Shown one piece after another: positions 1 to 12,623 of a stretch of DNA of 32,000 nt (position 1 is the stretch's first letter; every line of letters begins with the position of its first letter). The position numbers and the translations under genes are program-made. The notes beneath the pieces are model-generated. The model made no database searches. It had not been told where the DNA came from and worked only from the letters and a program-made list of their open reading frames with translations. The stretch lies in sequence record OZ353964.1; one strand, 5' to 3'.

Positions 1-325
1 ATACTTTTTACTATACCTTAACGTTTTAATATAAATTACCTACAGGGCTATCACCTTCTATGGCTTAGTAATTCAAAAAAATTCAGAAATTTTATATTTA
101 AAATAAAGAATAGTGCCTAATCCACGTTCGCTCGCCACTACTAATGGAGTCTCGGTTGATTTCCTTTCCTTTTGCTACTAAGATGTTTCAATTCGCAAAG
201 TGTTTCAATTAAAAGGTTTACCTTTGGAAATTTACGGATCACAGCTTCCCTCCCCGTAACGTTTCGTTTTTTTGAACGTCCATATTTTTTTATGCCAAGG
301 CATCCATTCAATGCTTTTCTTTTAT
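1..325 (-). rRNA. rnl: Large-subunit rRNA, 5' portion (gene continues past the window start)
   Basis: The reverse complement of 121-196 reads GCGAATTGAAACATCTTAGTAGCAAAAGGAAAGGAAATCAACCGAGACTCCATTAGTAGTGGCGAGCGAACGTGGA, the universally conserved 23S domain I segment. The reverse complement of 293-306 gives TGGATGCCTTGGCA, a 23S 5'-end motif. The 5' end is approximate. Confidence 0.85.
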
Positions 326-328
326 ATT

Positions 329-402
329 TGACGGAAAAAGGACTCGAACCTTTGACATGTGGATTATGATTCCACTGTTCTAACCAACTGAACTACTCCG
401 CC
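329..402 (-). tRNA. trnM: tRNA with anticodon CAU (elongator Met type; Ile-lysidine not excluded)
   Basis: The reverse complement folds as a 74-nt cloverleaf: GGCGGAG/TTCCGTC acceptor, GTTC..GAAC D stem, anticodon loop AT-CAT-AA, GGTTCGAGTCC T arm. Confidence 0.85.
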
Positions 403-433
403 TTATTTTTCGTATTATAAATTTAAACAAAAA

Positions 434-559
434 TTCGAATAAGATTCCATGTCTCCCACAATACGCAGTACATTTGGTCCAATATAATTTCACCTTCGAG
501 ATCGAAATGGGTTCGGGTGCCCAACAAAAATTGAGATATAGTGGTTAGGCTTATTCGAA
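434..559 (-). rRNA. rrn5: 5S rRNA
   Basis: The reverse complement contains CACCCGAACCCATTTCGATCTCGAAGGTGAAAT, matching the bacterial 5S core CACCTGACCCCATGCCGAACTCAGAAGTGAAAC. The termini pair as helix I (TTCGAATAAG / CTTATTCGAA). Ends are approximate. Confidence 0.75.
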
Positions 560-582
560 TATAAAATTTTATTAATAATATA

Positions 583-1083
583 TTACCACCAACGATAATG
601 TGCGAATGCTCTATTAAGGACGGCTACCTTATGCAACTCCTCAGTCTTCTGTTTAACGGAACCCCGTTTTTTTAAAGCATCAGTAATCTCTAAATATAAG
701 CAGTCCGCAAAATTTAAAGAAGATTTTTTTTTTCTTTTTTTTGCTGCCTCAACCATCCATTGAATAGCTAAAGAAATTTGACGTTTTGGTTTAATTATGG
801 TCGGCACTTGCCGTGTTGTTCCAGAAACTCGAACATTTCTTATTTCTAAAAATGGTTTTACATTTTCAATAGATGAATAAATCAAGGGAGCAATTAACTG
901 ATTTTTATAATCTTGTTTTAATTTTATACAAACCTGAATTAGAATAGCTTCCGCTTTACTTCTACAACCTTTAGTTATTAAAATCCGAATACATTTTTGT
1001 AAATATAGATTTCCTTTATCACTTTCTAAGGTATCCCCTTCTAATGAGTAATTAAAAATTGTTTTGTTACTAGATAATTTCAT
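583..1083 (-). CDS. rps7: Ribosomal protein S7
   Basis: 166-aa ORF with the S7 core VSGTTRQVPTIIKP and the diagnostic C-terminus LNRAFAHYRWW. Confidence 0.9.
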   Translation of the reverse strand: MKLSSNKTIFNYSLEGDTLESDKGNLYLQKCIRILITKGCRSKAEAILIQVCIKLKQDYKNQLIAPLIYSSIENVKPFLEIRNVRVSGTTRQVPTIIKPKRQISLAIQWMVEAAKKRKKKSSLNFADCLYLEITDALKKRGSVKQKTEELHKVAVLNRAFAHYRWW

Positions 1084-1219
1084 ATATTTAAAAACTTTTT
1101 TATTTCGTAGCCCCTAAAAGGTATTAAGAATATTTATTTTGTTTCATTCGACGAAACCAGAGTTTTTTTTTTTAAATAGAAAAAGCTTCTTAAAAAAAAT
1201 GTAGGAAACCACCTAAAAA

Positions 1220-1426
1220 TCAAAAGTGCTGAAGAAGGACCAAATTTTTTGATTCTGGCGATATAATATTCAAAGATAATCTATTACACACATCAATTTT
1301 TTCAAATTTAACCACATATTTGATAGCTAAAAAATTTTGATGTTCTGGCTTAATTAAAGTGGGCATTTGTCGTACTATCCCAGAAACTAGGATATTTCCT
1401 CTGCTTAAAAATGGGGTTGTTCCTAT
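1220..1426 (-). pseudogene. Truncated, diverged duplicate of the central part of rps7
   Basis: The minus-strand frame reads IGTTPFLSRGNILVSGIVRQMPTLIKPEHQNFLAIKYVV.., collinear with rps7 VKPFLEIRNVRVSGTTRQVPTIIKPKRQISLAIQWMV. There is a stop immediately upstream, no ATG, a premature TGA at 1220-1222, and no S7 C-terminal motif. Confidence 0.55.
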
Positions 1427-1469
1427 TTAATGAATTACGTTAATTATAACAAATTTATTTTATAGAATG

Positions 1470-1499
1470 CCGGGCGGAACTATAAATTGCACCGCCCAG
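1470..1499 (-). terminator. GC-rich stem-loop 15 nt downstream of the cox1 stop
   Basis: GGGCGG (1472-1477) pairs with CCGCCC (1492-1497) across a 14-nt loop. It is a conspicuous GC island in AT-rich spacer. Confidence 0.4.
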
Positions 1500-1513
1500 A
1501 CCAGACAAAAAAA

Positions 1514-1974
1514 TTATTTACTTAAACTAGGAGAAGTTGTTTCCTTAATTGTAGGAATTTCTTCAAATGTATGGAATGGCGGCGGTGACGCTACTAACCA
1601 CTCCAAGCTTGTTGCACTTGAACTAACTTCTGGTGTAGATCCTTCGAAAACCCAAGGATTTTTTCCACAACGCTCGTTACCAGTTAATGCATTAAAAACT
1701 ACATAAAAAAAGAAAATTGCACCAAATAAGGATACATAAGATCCATAACTACAAATAGCATTCCAACCAGCATATGCATCTGGATAATCAGGGATTCGTC
1801 GAGGCATCCCAGCTAACCCTAAAAAGTGCATAGGAAAGAAAGTGATATTTACACCTACGAAAAATAACCAAAAGTGAATTTGACCTAAAGTTTCAGAATA
1901 CATTAATCCAGTAATTTTAGGAAACCAATAGTAAAATCCCGCAAATAAACCAAAAACGGCTCCCATTGATAATA
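1514..1974 (-). CDS. cox1: Cytochrome c oxidase subunit 1, exon 2
   Basis: Encodes (V)[22 protein letters not shown]...[11 protein letters not shown]. Joining it to exon 1 restores the invariant HFHY-VLSMGAVF. Confidence 0.9.
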
Positions 1975-5519
<3,545 letters not shown>

Positions 5520-5538
5520 CTAAATCTTAACCGGTTAA

Positions 5539-6096
5539 TTAACCTTCATTCAATTGAGTGAAAGCCTCGGCTAGAGATATAGACCTCATTGAATTTTTTG
5601 ATTTTTGATACTTTTCTAATACTGCTCTTCGGAATCCAGAAGAAATAATCGCCTGTAATTCTTGTTGGAACGATCGCCGAGATACCCATAAGTTTTTTAA
5701 CTTTTGTTGGGTCTGATTCAAAAATACAGAAGAAATCGATCGGTATCGTCTATCAACAGCAATTGCTAAAATTAAAAAAGAATCTATACTAATTTTTTGA
5801 ATTATTTTATCCTGACCTAATCGTGATTTGTGGTCTTCGATTGAACGAAGTAACATAGTTTCACGAGCCTGAAAATAGCCATTTAGTTCATTTTTTAAAA
5901 CTTCACTTCTATCATCTAATGTATCCGCTAAACTTTGGCTAAAGTTTTGGATACTAAATAATAAAAATAAAAAAAAACTAACAGCTACTAGAATTTCTTC
6001 ATTATAAAGAATAATTTGTTTTGAACTTAAAACTAAAAAAACAATAAAACCTAATGCCAATAACACTAAATTATCACGACGTAATACGCTAGTCAT
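5539..6096 (-). CDS. atp4: ATP synthase Fo subunit b (atp4 / ymf39)
   Basis: 185 aa with a single N-terminal hydrophobic segment followed by a long charged helical region. It lies next to atp8 and resembles ymf39-type proteins. Identified by motif and architecture only. Confidence 0.65.
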   Translation of the reverse strand: MTSVLRRDNLVLLALGFIVFLVLSSKQIILYNEEILVAVSFFLFLLFSIQNFSQSLADTLDDRSEVLKNELNGYFQARETMLLRSIEDHKSRLGQDKIIQKISIDSFLILAIAVDRRYRSISSVFLNQTQQKLKNLWVSRRSFQQELQAIISSGFRRAVLEKYQKSKNSMRSISLAEAFTQLNEG

Positions 6097-6182
6097 CTAA
6101 ACAATCTTCTTTTCTATAATTAACTTAAAGTTAACAATTAATATACTAAAGCTAAATAAAAAATAATGGCATATACCTTTAT

Positions 6183-6650
6183 TTATGCTGAAAATTGCTT
6201 AATTAATAAATTATTAAACAACTTCTCCTTTGCTAATCCCTTACCTGAGCTACTTTGTGCTGCTATCATATGTAAATCAAATAAAATAATATTTTGTAAA
6301 ACATTATTATTTGCTAAATTCTCAAGATAACTTTGATTTGAACTTAATAAATCTTTGCTATTTGCTTGAATCACAACATCCGAAGACCACGCAGCACTAG
6401 ACGCTACAATTTGATTTAATTGAGCTTTTGACTCGCGAATAGAGTTAATTACAGGGCTTATTGGTGCTTCGCTACCAGACCCAACAACATCAGAACTCCC
6501 ACTAGATAAAAGCATTTGCTTTTTCCTAGTTTTCATAATGCGTGCAAGTTTTGGTAAAAAATTTCTATATAAAACCCCATAGAATGTTAAGAAAAAAATA
6601 CATAACCAAAAATACTGAGAAAAAAATGTTACATGATCTAACTGCGGCAT
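6183..6650 (-). CDS. atp8: ATP synthase Fo subunit 8 (A6L / orfB)
   Basis: Begins MPQLDHVTFFSQYFW, the atp8 signature, followed by one TM helix. Confidence 0.8.
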   Translation of the reverse strand: MPQLDHVTFFSQYFWLCIFFLTFYGVLYRNFLPKLARIMKTRKKQMLLSSGSSDVVGSGSEAPISPVINSIRESKAQLNQIVASSAAWSSDVVIQANSKDLLSSNQSYLENLANNNVLQNIILFDLHMIAAQSSSGKGLAKEKLFNNLLIKQFSA

Positions 6651-6692
6651 AATTAATTTTCTTTTATTTATATATTAAAATACAATGCGAAT

Positions 6693-6995
6693 TTAACCTT
6701 TAATAAGATTTATGAATTCAACAGCAACAGTTCCGCGAACGCGATAATGAATAACTAATAAAGCTAACCCTATTGCGGATTCCGCAGCTGCTACAGTTAA
6801 TACTAAAAGAGCAAAAACTTGCCCTATCATATCATCTAAATAAACTGAAAATAATACAAAATTAAAATTTACAGCTAATAGCATTAATTCAATAGACATT
6901 AACATGATAATAATATTTTTACGATTTAAGAAAATACCCCAAATACCCAGTAAAAACATAATCATAGAAACTGCTAAATAATTGACTTGGTCCAT
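6693..6995 (-). CDS. nad4L: NADH dehydrogenase subunit 4L
   Basis: 100 aa with three TM helices. Contains the ELMLLAVN and [16 protein letters not shown] motifs. Confidence 0.9.
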   Translation of the reverse strand: MDQVNYLAVSMIMFLLGIWGIFLNRKNIIIMLMSIELMLLAVNFNFVLFSVYLDDMIGQVFALLVLTVAAAESAIGLALLVIHYRVRGTVAVEFINLIKG

Positions 6996-7058
6996 AAATA
7001 TATTTCTTTGTATCGGCTATACCTAAAAATTATAGAATATATCCAACAGACATAATTC

Positions 7059-7132
7059 TCAAGGTGACAGGATTCGAACCTATGACCCCCTGTTCCCAAA
7101 ACAGGTGCGCTACCAGACTGCGCTACACCCTG
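7059..7132 (-). tRNA. trnP: tRNA-Pro (UGG)
   Basis: The reverse complement CAGGGTGTAGCGCAGTCTGGTAGCGC...TT-TGG-GA...GGTTCGAATCC folds as a cloverleaf with G37. Confidence 0.9.
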
Positions 7133-7221
7133 AAATAATTGATAGATTATAGTATTATAAAATACTCAACTTATTAATTCTAAAGAATTTTTTTCGTAAT
7201 TATTTAATCTTTAAAGTTTTC

Positions 7222-8022
7222 TTAAGAACCGCCCCACCAATAAATGGAAACAAATAGGAATAACCACACTACGTCTACGAAGTGCCAGTACCAAGCTGCT
7301 GCTTCAAAACCAATATGATGATGCTTAGTAAAGTGAAAACGGCTAAGTCTTACGAGACAAACAGCTAAAAACAGGGTTCCAACGAATACGTGAAATCCAT
7401 GGAATCCGGTAGCCATAAAAAATGTCGAACCATAAACACTATCCGAGATTGTAAAGGGAGCTTCTAAGTACTCTAAAACTTGTAATCCAGTAAATCCAGC
7501 AGCTAAAACTACGGTAACAATTAAAGCATAAATACCTTGCTCTCGTTGCCCCGCTAAAATTGCATGGTGTGCCCAAGTAACAGATGCGCCAGATGTTAAT
7601 AAAATTACAGTATTAACAAAGGGAACTTCCCACGGATTAAGAACCTCAATACCTTTTGGTGGCCAAACAGCCCCAAGTTCGATAGCAGGTGATAAACTTG
7701 AATGAAAAAAAGCCCAAAAAAAGGCTAAAAAAAACATAACTTCAGAAGTGATAAATAAAATCATACCCCAACGAAGTCCTGTTTGTACTGTTAAAGTATG
7801 GTGTCCTTCAAAGGTTGATTCCCGCACAACATCGCGCCACCAAACAATCATAGTGTATATGATCATTGATAGTCCTAAAGAAAGAGCATATCCTCCTCCA
7901 AAATATCCATGCATATACATAACTCCACCGCTAGTACTTACAAAAGCAGATAATGCTCCGAAAATAGGCCACGGGCTTGGGTCAACTAAATGAAATGGGT
8001 GTTTTTGTGAAACTGAACTCAT
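7222..8022 (-). CDS. cox3: Cytochrome c oxidase subunit 3
   Basis: Reads [19 protein letters not shown]...[14 protein letters not shown]. The upstream ATG at 8052 is a possible alternative start. Confidence 0.93.
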   Translation of the reverse strand: MSSVSQKHPFHLVDPSPWPIFGALSAFVSTSGGVMYMHGYFGGGYALSLGLSMIIYTMIVWWRDVVRESTFEGHHTLTVQTGLRWGMILFITSEVMFFLAFFWAFFHSSLSPAIELGAVWPPKGIEVLNPWEVPFVNTVILLTSGASVTWAHHAILAGQREQGIYALIVTVVLAAGFTGLQVLEYLEAPFTISDSVYGSTFFMATGFHGFHVFVGTLFLAVCLVRLSRFHFTKHHHIGFEAAAWYWHFVDVVWLFLFVSIYWWGGS

Positions 8023-8073
8023 AATAATTTCCTTCTCTTTAATTTTGTACAAAACTGATGCATAATTTTAAAA

Positions 8074-8865
8074 TTATGCTGTAGGAGCATTAAATAACGC
8101 CCATTGTGAATAATCTTCAGTAGGTACAGCTTCTACACAAATAGGCATAAATGCATGATTTACCCCACAAATTTCGCTACACTGTCCATAAAACACTCCT
8201 TCTCTTTGAATGAATAGAGAACCTTGGTTTAAACGGCCAGGTACAGCGTCACACTTAATACCTAGTGATGGAACAGCCCAGCTGTGAAGTACATCAGCTG
8301 CACTTATGATCATTCGAATATAAGAGTGGGTCGGAGCAACAACTCGGTTATCTACCTCTAATAGTCGTAGTTGCCCTGGCTCTAGCTCATCTTCTGGAAC
8401 CATATAGCTATCAAAAGCGATATTTTCACCATTTGCGTTTTCATAATCTGAATACTCATAGCTCCAATACCACTGATGACCAATTGCTTTAATAGTTACT
8501 GCTGGATCTACAACTTCTTCCATTGAATATAAAAGAGCAAAAGAAGGAATTGCGATAACCATTAAAATAAGACTAGGGACTACGGTCCAAATAATTTCAA
8601 TTGTAGTTCCGTGCACAATTTTCTCAGGAATTGGATTTCTAACATGATAAAAATTATACAATGTACGAAATAACATCCACGATACAAATACACAAACAAC
8701 TACAAGAAAAAAGAAAATATCATGATGTAGATCAATAATCCCCTGCATAATAGGGGTAGCTGGCTCTTGAAACCCTAATTGCCATGGAGTTGCAGCATCC
8801 GCCAATGTACTAGTAGGTGACGCCAACAGTCCTAGCATTAAATATTTCCCATTAAATACTTTCAT
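8074..8865 (-). CDS. cox2: Cytochrome c oxidase subunit 2
   Basis: Contains the CuA site [13 protein letters not shown] and the motif [12 protein letters not shown]. Confidence 0.93.
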   Translation of the reverse strand: MKVFNGKYLMLGLLASPTSTLADAATPWQLGFQEPATPIMQGIIDLHHDIFFFLVVVCVFVSWMLFRTLYNFYHVRNPIPEKIVHGTTIEIIWTVVPSLILMVIAIPSFALLYSMEEVVDPAVTIKAIGHQWYWSYEYSDYENANGENIAFDSYMVPEDELEPGQLRLLEVDNRVVAPTHSYIRMIISAADVLHSWAVPSLGIKCDAVPGRLNQGSLFIQREGVFYGQCSEICGVNHAFMPICVEAVPTEDYSQWALFNAPTA

Positions 8866-8981
8866 CTTTGTTTCCTTTTTGATGTTTCATGTAATTTCAA
8901 GTTAAATTTAAAACTTAAAATCTATTAGGCATAATTTAAACGATTTTTTATTAATAATGGATATTCCTTATAAAAATACTC

Positions 8982-9011
8982 TGCCCCAATTTTAATAAAT
9001 TTTATGGGGCA
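8982..9011 (-). terminator. Stem-loop downstream of nad6
   Basis: TGCCCCA (8982-8988) pairs with TGGGGCA (9005-9011) across an AT-only loop. Confidence 0.4.
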
Positions 9012-9055
9012 TCACCTTATAAAATATTTTAATGAAGTGATTAAATTTTAATAAA

Positions 9056-9823
9056 TTATCCCTGTAATTTTTGAATAGTTTTACTAAATTCACGAGCATT
9101 TTGTTTAAAAACCTCTTGGCGCCTAACGGTAACACTCTTATGTAATGTTAAAACGATAGCACCTATCATCGCAACCAGAAGTATTAAACTTGCTAATAGG
9201 AAATAAGCAAAATAGTAAGTATATAACATAAATCCCAGAACTTCTATATTCGAAGCAGCATCCCACTGTGAAATCCATCTAGTAAATTCAACTGGAGGGG
9301 TTGATTGTTTTGCTATTTCTTGACATTGAATTATCGAAGATTCTAATACTTGCCAATCGGTTGACCACATGTCTGTAGAAAACCCATTCTTAAATATTCC
9401 ATTAACAAAAAAATAAGTAATAACGGTTAACTGCTCAAAAAAACCAAACCCTGGGTCTACACTCATTGGAATAACTGGAATAAAATCATTTTCTACTACA
9501 AGAAAAATTTCTAATAAAAAAATAATACCAATTAATCCTCCTACAGGGATATAATGTAAAACATTTTCTGAAATTTCAGTAACTTTTATATTTAGCATCA
9601 TGACTACGAACAGGAATAAAACTGCGATAGCACCCACATAAACAACTAAAAAAACCATAGCAAAAAAATCTAGGTCTAATAATAAGAAAAGTCCAGATGT
9701 GTTACAAAATACAAGAATTAAAAAAAGTACGGAATGCACTGGATTTTTGGATCGAATAACTAACACTCCTGATACGATAGCTAAACTGGAAAAAACCGAA
9801 AAAATTGAAGATTCGATAGTCAT
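9056..9823 (-). CDS. nad6: NADH dehydrogenase subunit 6 (expanded)
   Basis: The N-terminus reads SKNPVHSVLFLILVFCNTSGLFLLLDLDFFAMVFLVVYVGAIAVLFLFVVMM and the C-terminus LILLVAMIGAIVLT. There are about 45 extra residues in the internal loop. Confidence 0.85.
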   Translation of the reverse strand: MTIESSIFSVFSSLAIVSGVLVIRSKNPVHSVLFLILVFCNTSGLFLLLDLDFFAMVFLVVYVGAIAVLFLFVVMMLNIKVTEISENVLHYIPVGGLIGIIFLLEIFLVVENDFIPVIPMSVDPGFGFFEQLTVITYFFVNGIFKNGFSTDMWSTDWQVLESSIIQCQEIAKQSTPPVEFTRWISQWDAASNIEVLGFMLYTYYFAYFLLASLILLVAMIGAIVLTLHKSVTVRRQEVFKQNAREFSKTIQKLQG

Positions 9824-10021
9824 AATTTTTGAATTTCTTTATTACATTTAAAATGGTCCTCGTTGAAGAAAACCTGGATTTTTTCTTAACATAATAGAAT
9901 ATAAGTTTTTTAAAAAACATAGGGTTTCGTTAAATAGAAAAATAAAAATTAGGCTAGTATAAAAAATTTCTAAATAGAGAAATTTTGAAAAACTTCCGTA
10001 ATAACAAAAAAATTATATTTC

Positions 10022-10093
10022 TGGAGTATAGCCAAGTGGAAAGGCATCGGTTTTTGATATCGACATGCAAAGGTTCGAACCCTTTTACTCCAA
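10022..10093 (+). tRNA. trnQ: tRNA-Gln (UUG)
   Basis: TGGAGTATAGCCAAGTGGAAAGGCA..TT-TTG-AT..GGTTCGAACCC folds as a 72-nt cloverleaf. Confidence 0.9.
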
Positions 10094-10223
10094 AGTATTT
10101 TATGTTTTCAAAAATTTCTTACTTTTTTTTTAAGGTTAAACATTAATGATATTGCTTATAGCAATATAGAAAAGGAAATAAGAATTTATAGTATTCTTAG
10201 GATCAAGATTTATTTTAAACCAA

Positions 10224-10778
10224 TTGCACTACTCCATTCCCAGAAGGGCGGAAAAGTACTTTGATGGTGCAAAGTTTGATTTTTATAGTCAGCAAATGAA
10301 ATCTCGAATTAAAAGATTAGATGCATTAGGCTTAATTATTGACCTCCAAATTCTATCTGCAACCGGTAAACTTAGGAAAAAGCATATTGAACCTCACCTA
10401 GTAAGAGCGGAAATTCGGAATTTTCTGGTCTGCTACGCAGTTCAGTAATTTCATGTCGACCTAGTTGGAGATTTTACTAAAGAGGTTTTAGATAATATTC
10501 CCGAAATTCGGCAGTTAGAATATTCTGATCAAACACTAGTTTTTTCGGCGACCTATAATTTTATTAGATGTTATTTGGAATCACGTAATTAGATCGGGCT
10601 TGACCTATTAAAAGCCAAGATTTGTTCAAGGACTTTGCATAAAGCCGAGTGTCTTAAGATTATCGAGCAATGTCAAGGCGCATTTCCAGACATTATTTTA
10701 TATTACAACGAAGGTGAATGTGATTGTCCTTTTCAAAGTACTCCATATGAACCAAATATCAGTTCTTTATTTAATTAG
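10224..10778 (+). pseudogene. Decayed paralogue of orf204: one frame interrupted by in-frame TAA (10446-10448) and TAG (10590-10592)
   Basis: The translation is collinear with orf204 without gaps: EIRNFLVCYAVQ*FHVDL..EVLDNIPEIRQLE..ATYNFIRCYLESRN*IGLDLLKAKIC..IILYYNEGE aligns with EVRNWVSYLLYQDLHEKNL..EILIDLPGLQHLE..ARNYLRFFLPAKNLPGLSLVKSKVC..IRLYYGPRSGE. There is no ATG at the 5' end; the track start is TTG. Confidence 0.6.
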
Positions 10779-11017
10779 CTGTTCCCACTAAGCCGTTTAG
10801 AGTAATAAGTAGGGGGGTCTTTTTGTTTTTCACGAAAATAGCAGAGGGCCCTTTCATTTTTTGTCTTAGATGTTTAGCTATTGAGAATCAGATAATTCAC
10901 TGAGCATTAATAAACTCATTTTTAAATAAGTGGAATATTCGGATTTCTTAAAGACCAAGACAAGTGTTCAGTATGACGAAACCAAAAATTATATTTTTTC
11001 AGTTGTCGGATAAGTGG

Positions 11018-11248
11018 TTGAAATTAAAAAAACAATAAAATCATAATTTTAATCTTAAAAGCCCATAGGCTATGTTAAAAAAATTGAGCCATGGTATGTA
11101 TTACCCTTTTTGATCATTACCTCGCTAGAATCGAAGAATTAGGGGGTTCTCGGGCACCTTTGACCCTTCAATGTTTTTTGTTTTTTTTAATTTCATTAGA
11201 ATATGATTTTGTATAGTATAATAATTTTGACGTAGGGTACAGAAAAAA
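11018..11248. repeat. Repeat family B, copy 1 (about 231 bp)
   Basis: It lies in tandem with copy 2. Its 3' ~85 bp are identical to the 3' tail of copy 3, and its 5' part is more diverged. Confidence 0.85.
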
Positions 11249-11410
11249 TTGAAACTAAAAAACAATGAAATCATGATTTTAGTCCAAAAAGAGTATAGGC
11301 TATGTTAAAAAAATTGAGCCATGGTATGTGTTACCCTTTTTGATCATTACCTCGCTAGAATCGAAGAATTAGGGGGTTCTCGGGCACCTTTGACCCTTCA
11401 ATGTTTTTTT
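11241..11410. repeat. Repeat family B, copy 2 (5' ~165 bp only, ending at the tandem array)
   Basis: Near-identical to 12321-12490 (AGAAAAAATTGAAACTAAAAAACAATGAAATCATGATTTTAGTCC...CTTCAATGTTTTTT), with only a few mismatches. Confidence 0.9.
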
Positions 11411-11417
11411 TCTTGAA

Positions 11418-12224
11418 AATATAATAAACAACAACAAAGGGATGGAAAGCCCTTACTGTTACGATAGTAACAGAAGACCATTACGGCAGTAATGGAGTAT
11501 TCACCCCTTACCAGGGATGAGTCGCTTTGTCAAGCTCCTTGTTAGTTTTTTTTAAGAAAAAGCTGTGGTTCATTAATAAAGAAGGGAACTTCTTTATGGA
11601 ACACAAGACCCAATATAATAATAAAATATAATAATAATAATATAATAAACAACAACAAAGGGATGGAAAGCCCTTACTGTTACGATAGTAACAGAAGACC
11701 ATTACGGCAGTAATGGAGTATTCACCCCTTACCAGGGATGAGTCGCTTTGTCAAGCTCCTTGTTAGTTTTTTTTAAGAAAAAGCTGTGGTTCATTAATAA
11801 AGAAGGGAACTTCTTTATGGAACACAAGACCCAATATAATAATAAAATATAATAATAATAATATAATAAACAACAACAAAGGGATGGAAAGCCCTTACTG
11901 TTACGATAGTAACAGAAGACCATTACGGCAGTAATGGAGTATTCACCCCTTACCAGGGATGAGTCGCTTTGTCAAGCTCCTTGTTAGTTTTTTTTAAGAA
12001 AAAGCTGTGGTTCATTAATAAAGAAGGGAACTTCTTTATGGAACACAAGACCCAATATAATAATAAAATATAATAATAATAATATAATAAACAACAACAA
12101 AGGGATGGAAAGCCCTTACTGTTACGATAGTAACAGAAGACCATTACGGCAGTAATGGAGTATTCACCCCTTACCAGGGATGAGTCGCTTTGTCAAGCTC
12201 CTTGTTAGTTTTTTTTAAGAAAAT
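11418..12224. repeat. Tandem array of about 3.65 copies of a 221-bp unit
   Basis: The same text recurs at 11421, 11642, 11863 and 12084. The three identical 64-aa ORFs in the track are spaced exactly 221 bp apart. Each unit carries three perfect hairpins. Confidence 0.95.
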
Positions 12225-12320
12225 TTTGAAATGCAAAAGAGATTATTTTGGAATTTTTGGTTCGTTTTAGGTTTAATTTTTGCATTTTTTCGAAAAAGTT
12301 AACCGGGTTTCCGCTATCAA

Positions 12321-12558
12321 AGAAAAAATTGAAACTAAAAAACAATGAAATCATGATTTTAGTCCAAAAAGAGTATAGGCTATGTTAAAAAAATTGAGCT
12401 ATGGTATGTGTTACCCTTTTTGATCATTACCTCGCTAGAATCGAAGAATTAGGGGGTTCTCGGACGTTTTTGACCCTTCAATGTTTTTTGTTTTTTTTAA
12501 TTTCATTAGAATATGATTTTGTATAGTATAATAATTTTGACGTAGGGTACAGAAAAAA
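12321..12558. repeat. Repeat family B, copy 3 (full length)
   Basis: Its 5' 165 bp match copy 2 and its 3' ~85 bp match copy 1. Confidence 0.9.
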
Positions 12559-12623
12559 TCGTAGTTTTTTCTAATGAAAACCAAAGATTTTGATAATATC
12601 AAATTAAAAAAGGGAATTGAAAG

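Noticed and set aside
172-369. A 65-aa plus-strand ORF.
   Set aside because: It lies entirely antisense to the conserved 5' domain of rnl and to trnM(CAU).
1467-1706. A 79-aa plus-strand ORF.
   Set aside because: It is antisense to cox1 exon 2 and its 3' stem-loop, and has no motif.
7748-7993. An 81-aa plus-strand ORF.
   Set aside because: It is antisense to cox3.
9702-9920. A 72-aa minus-strand ORF overlapping the nad6 start.
   Set aside because: It is in an alternative frame over the conserved nad6 N-terminus, and it is Phe/Lys/Ile-rich, as expected from AT-rich sequence.
11508-12144. Three identical 64-aa minus-strand ORFs (11508-11702, 11729-11923, 11950-12144).
   Set aside because: They are spaced exactly one repeat unit (221 bp) apart and are simply the same open stretch of the tandem repeat. 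The peptide is low-complexity (CCCLLYYYYYILLLY) and has no recognisable similarity. I treat it as a repeat artefact, not a gene.
11418-12224. A possible CRISPR array, because of the regularly spaced identical repeats containing palindromes.
   Set aside because: The units abut directly with no unique spacers. The period is 221 bp, far longer than CRISPR repeats. The context is a mitochondrial genome with no cas genes.
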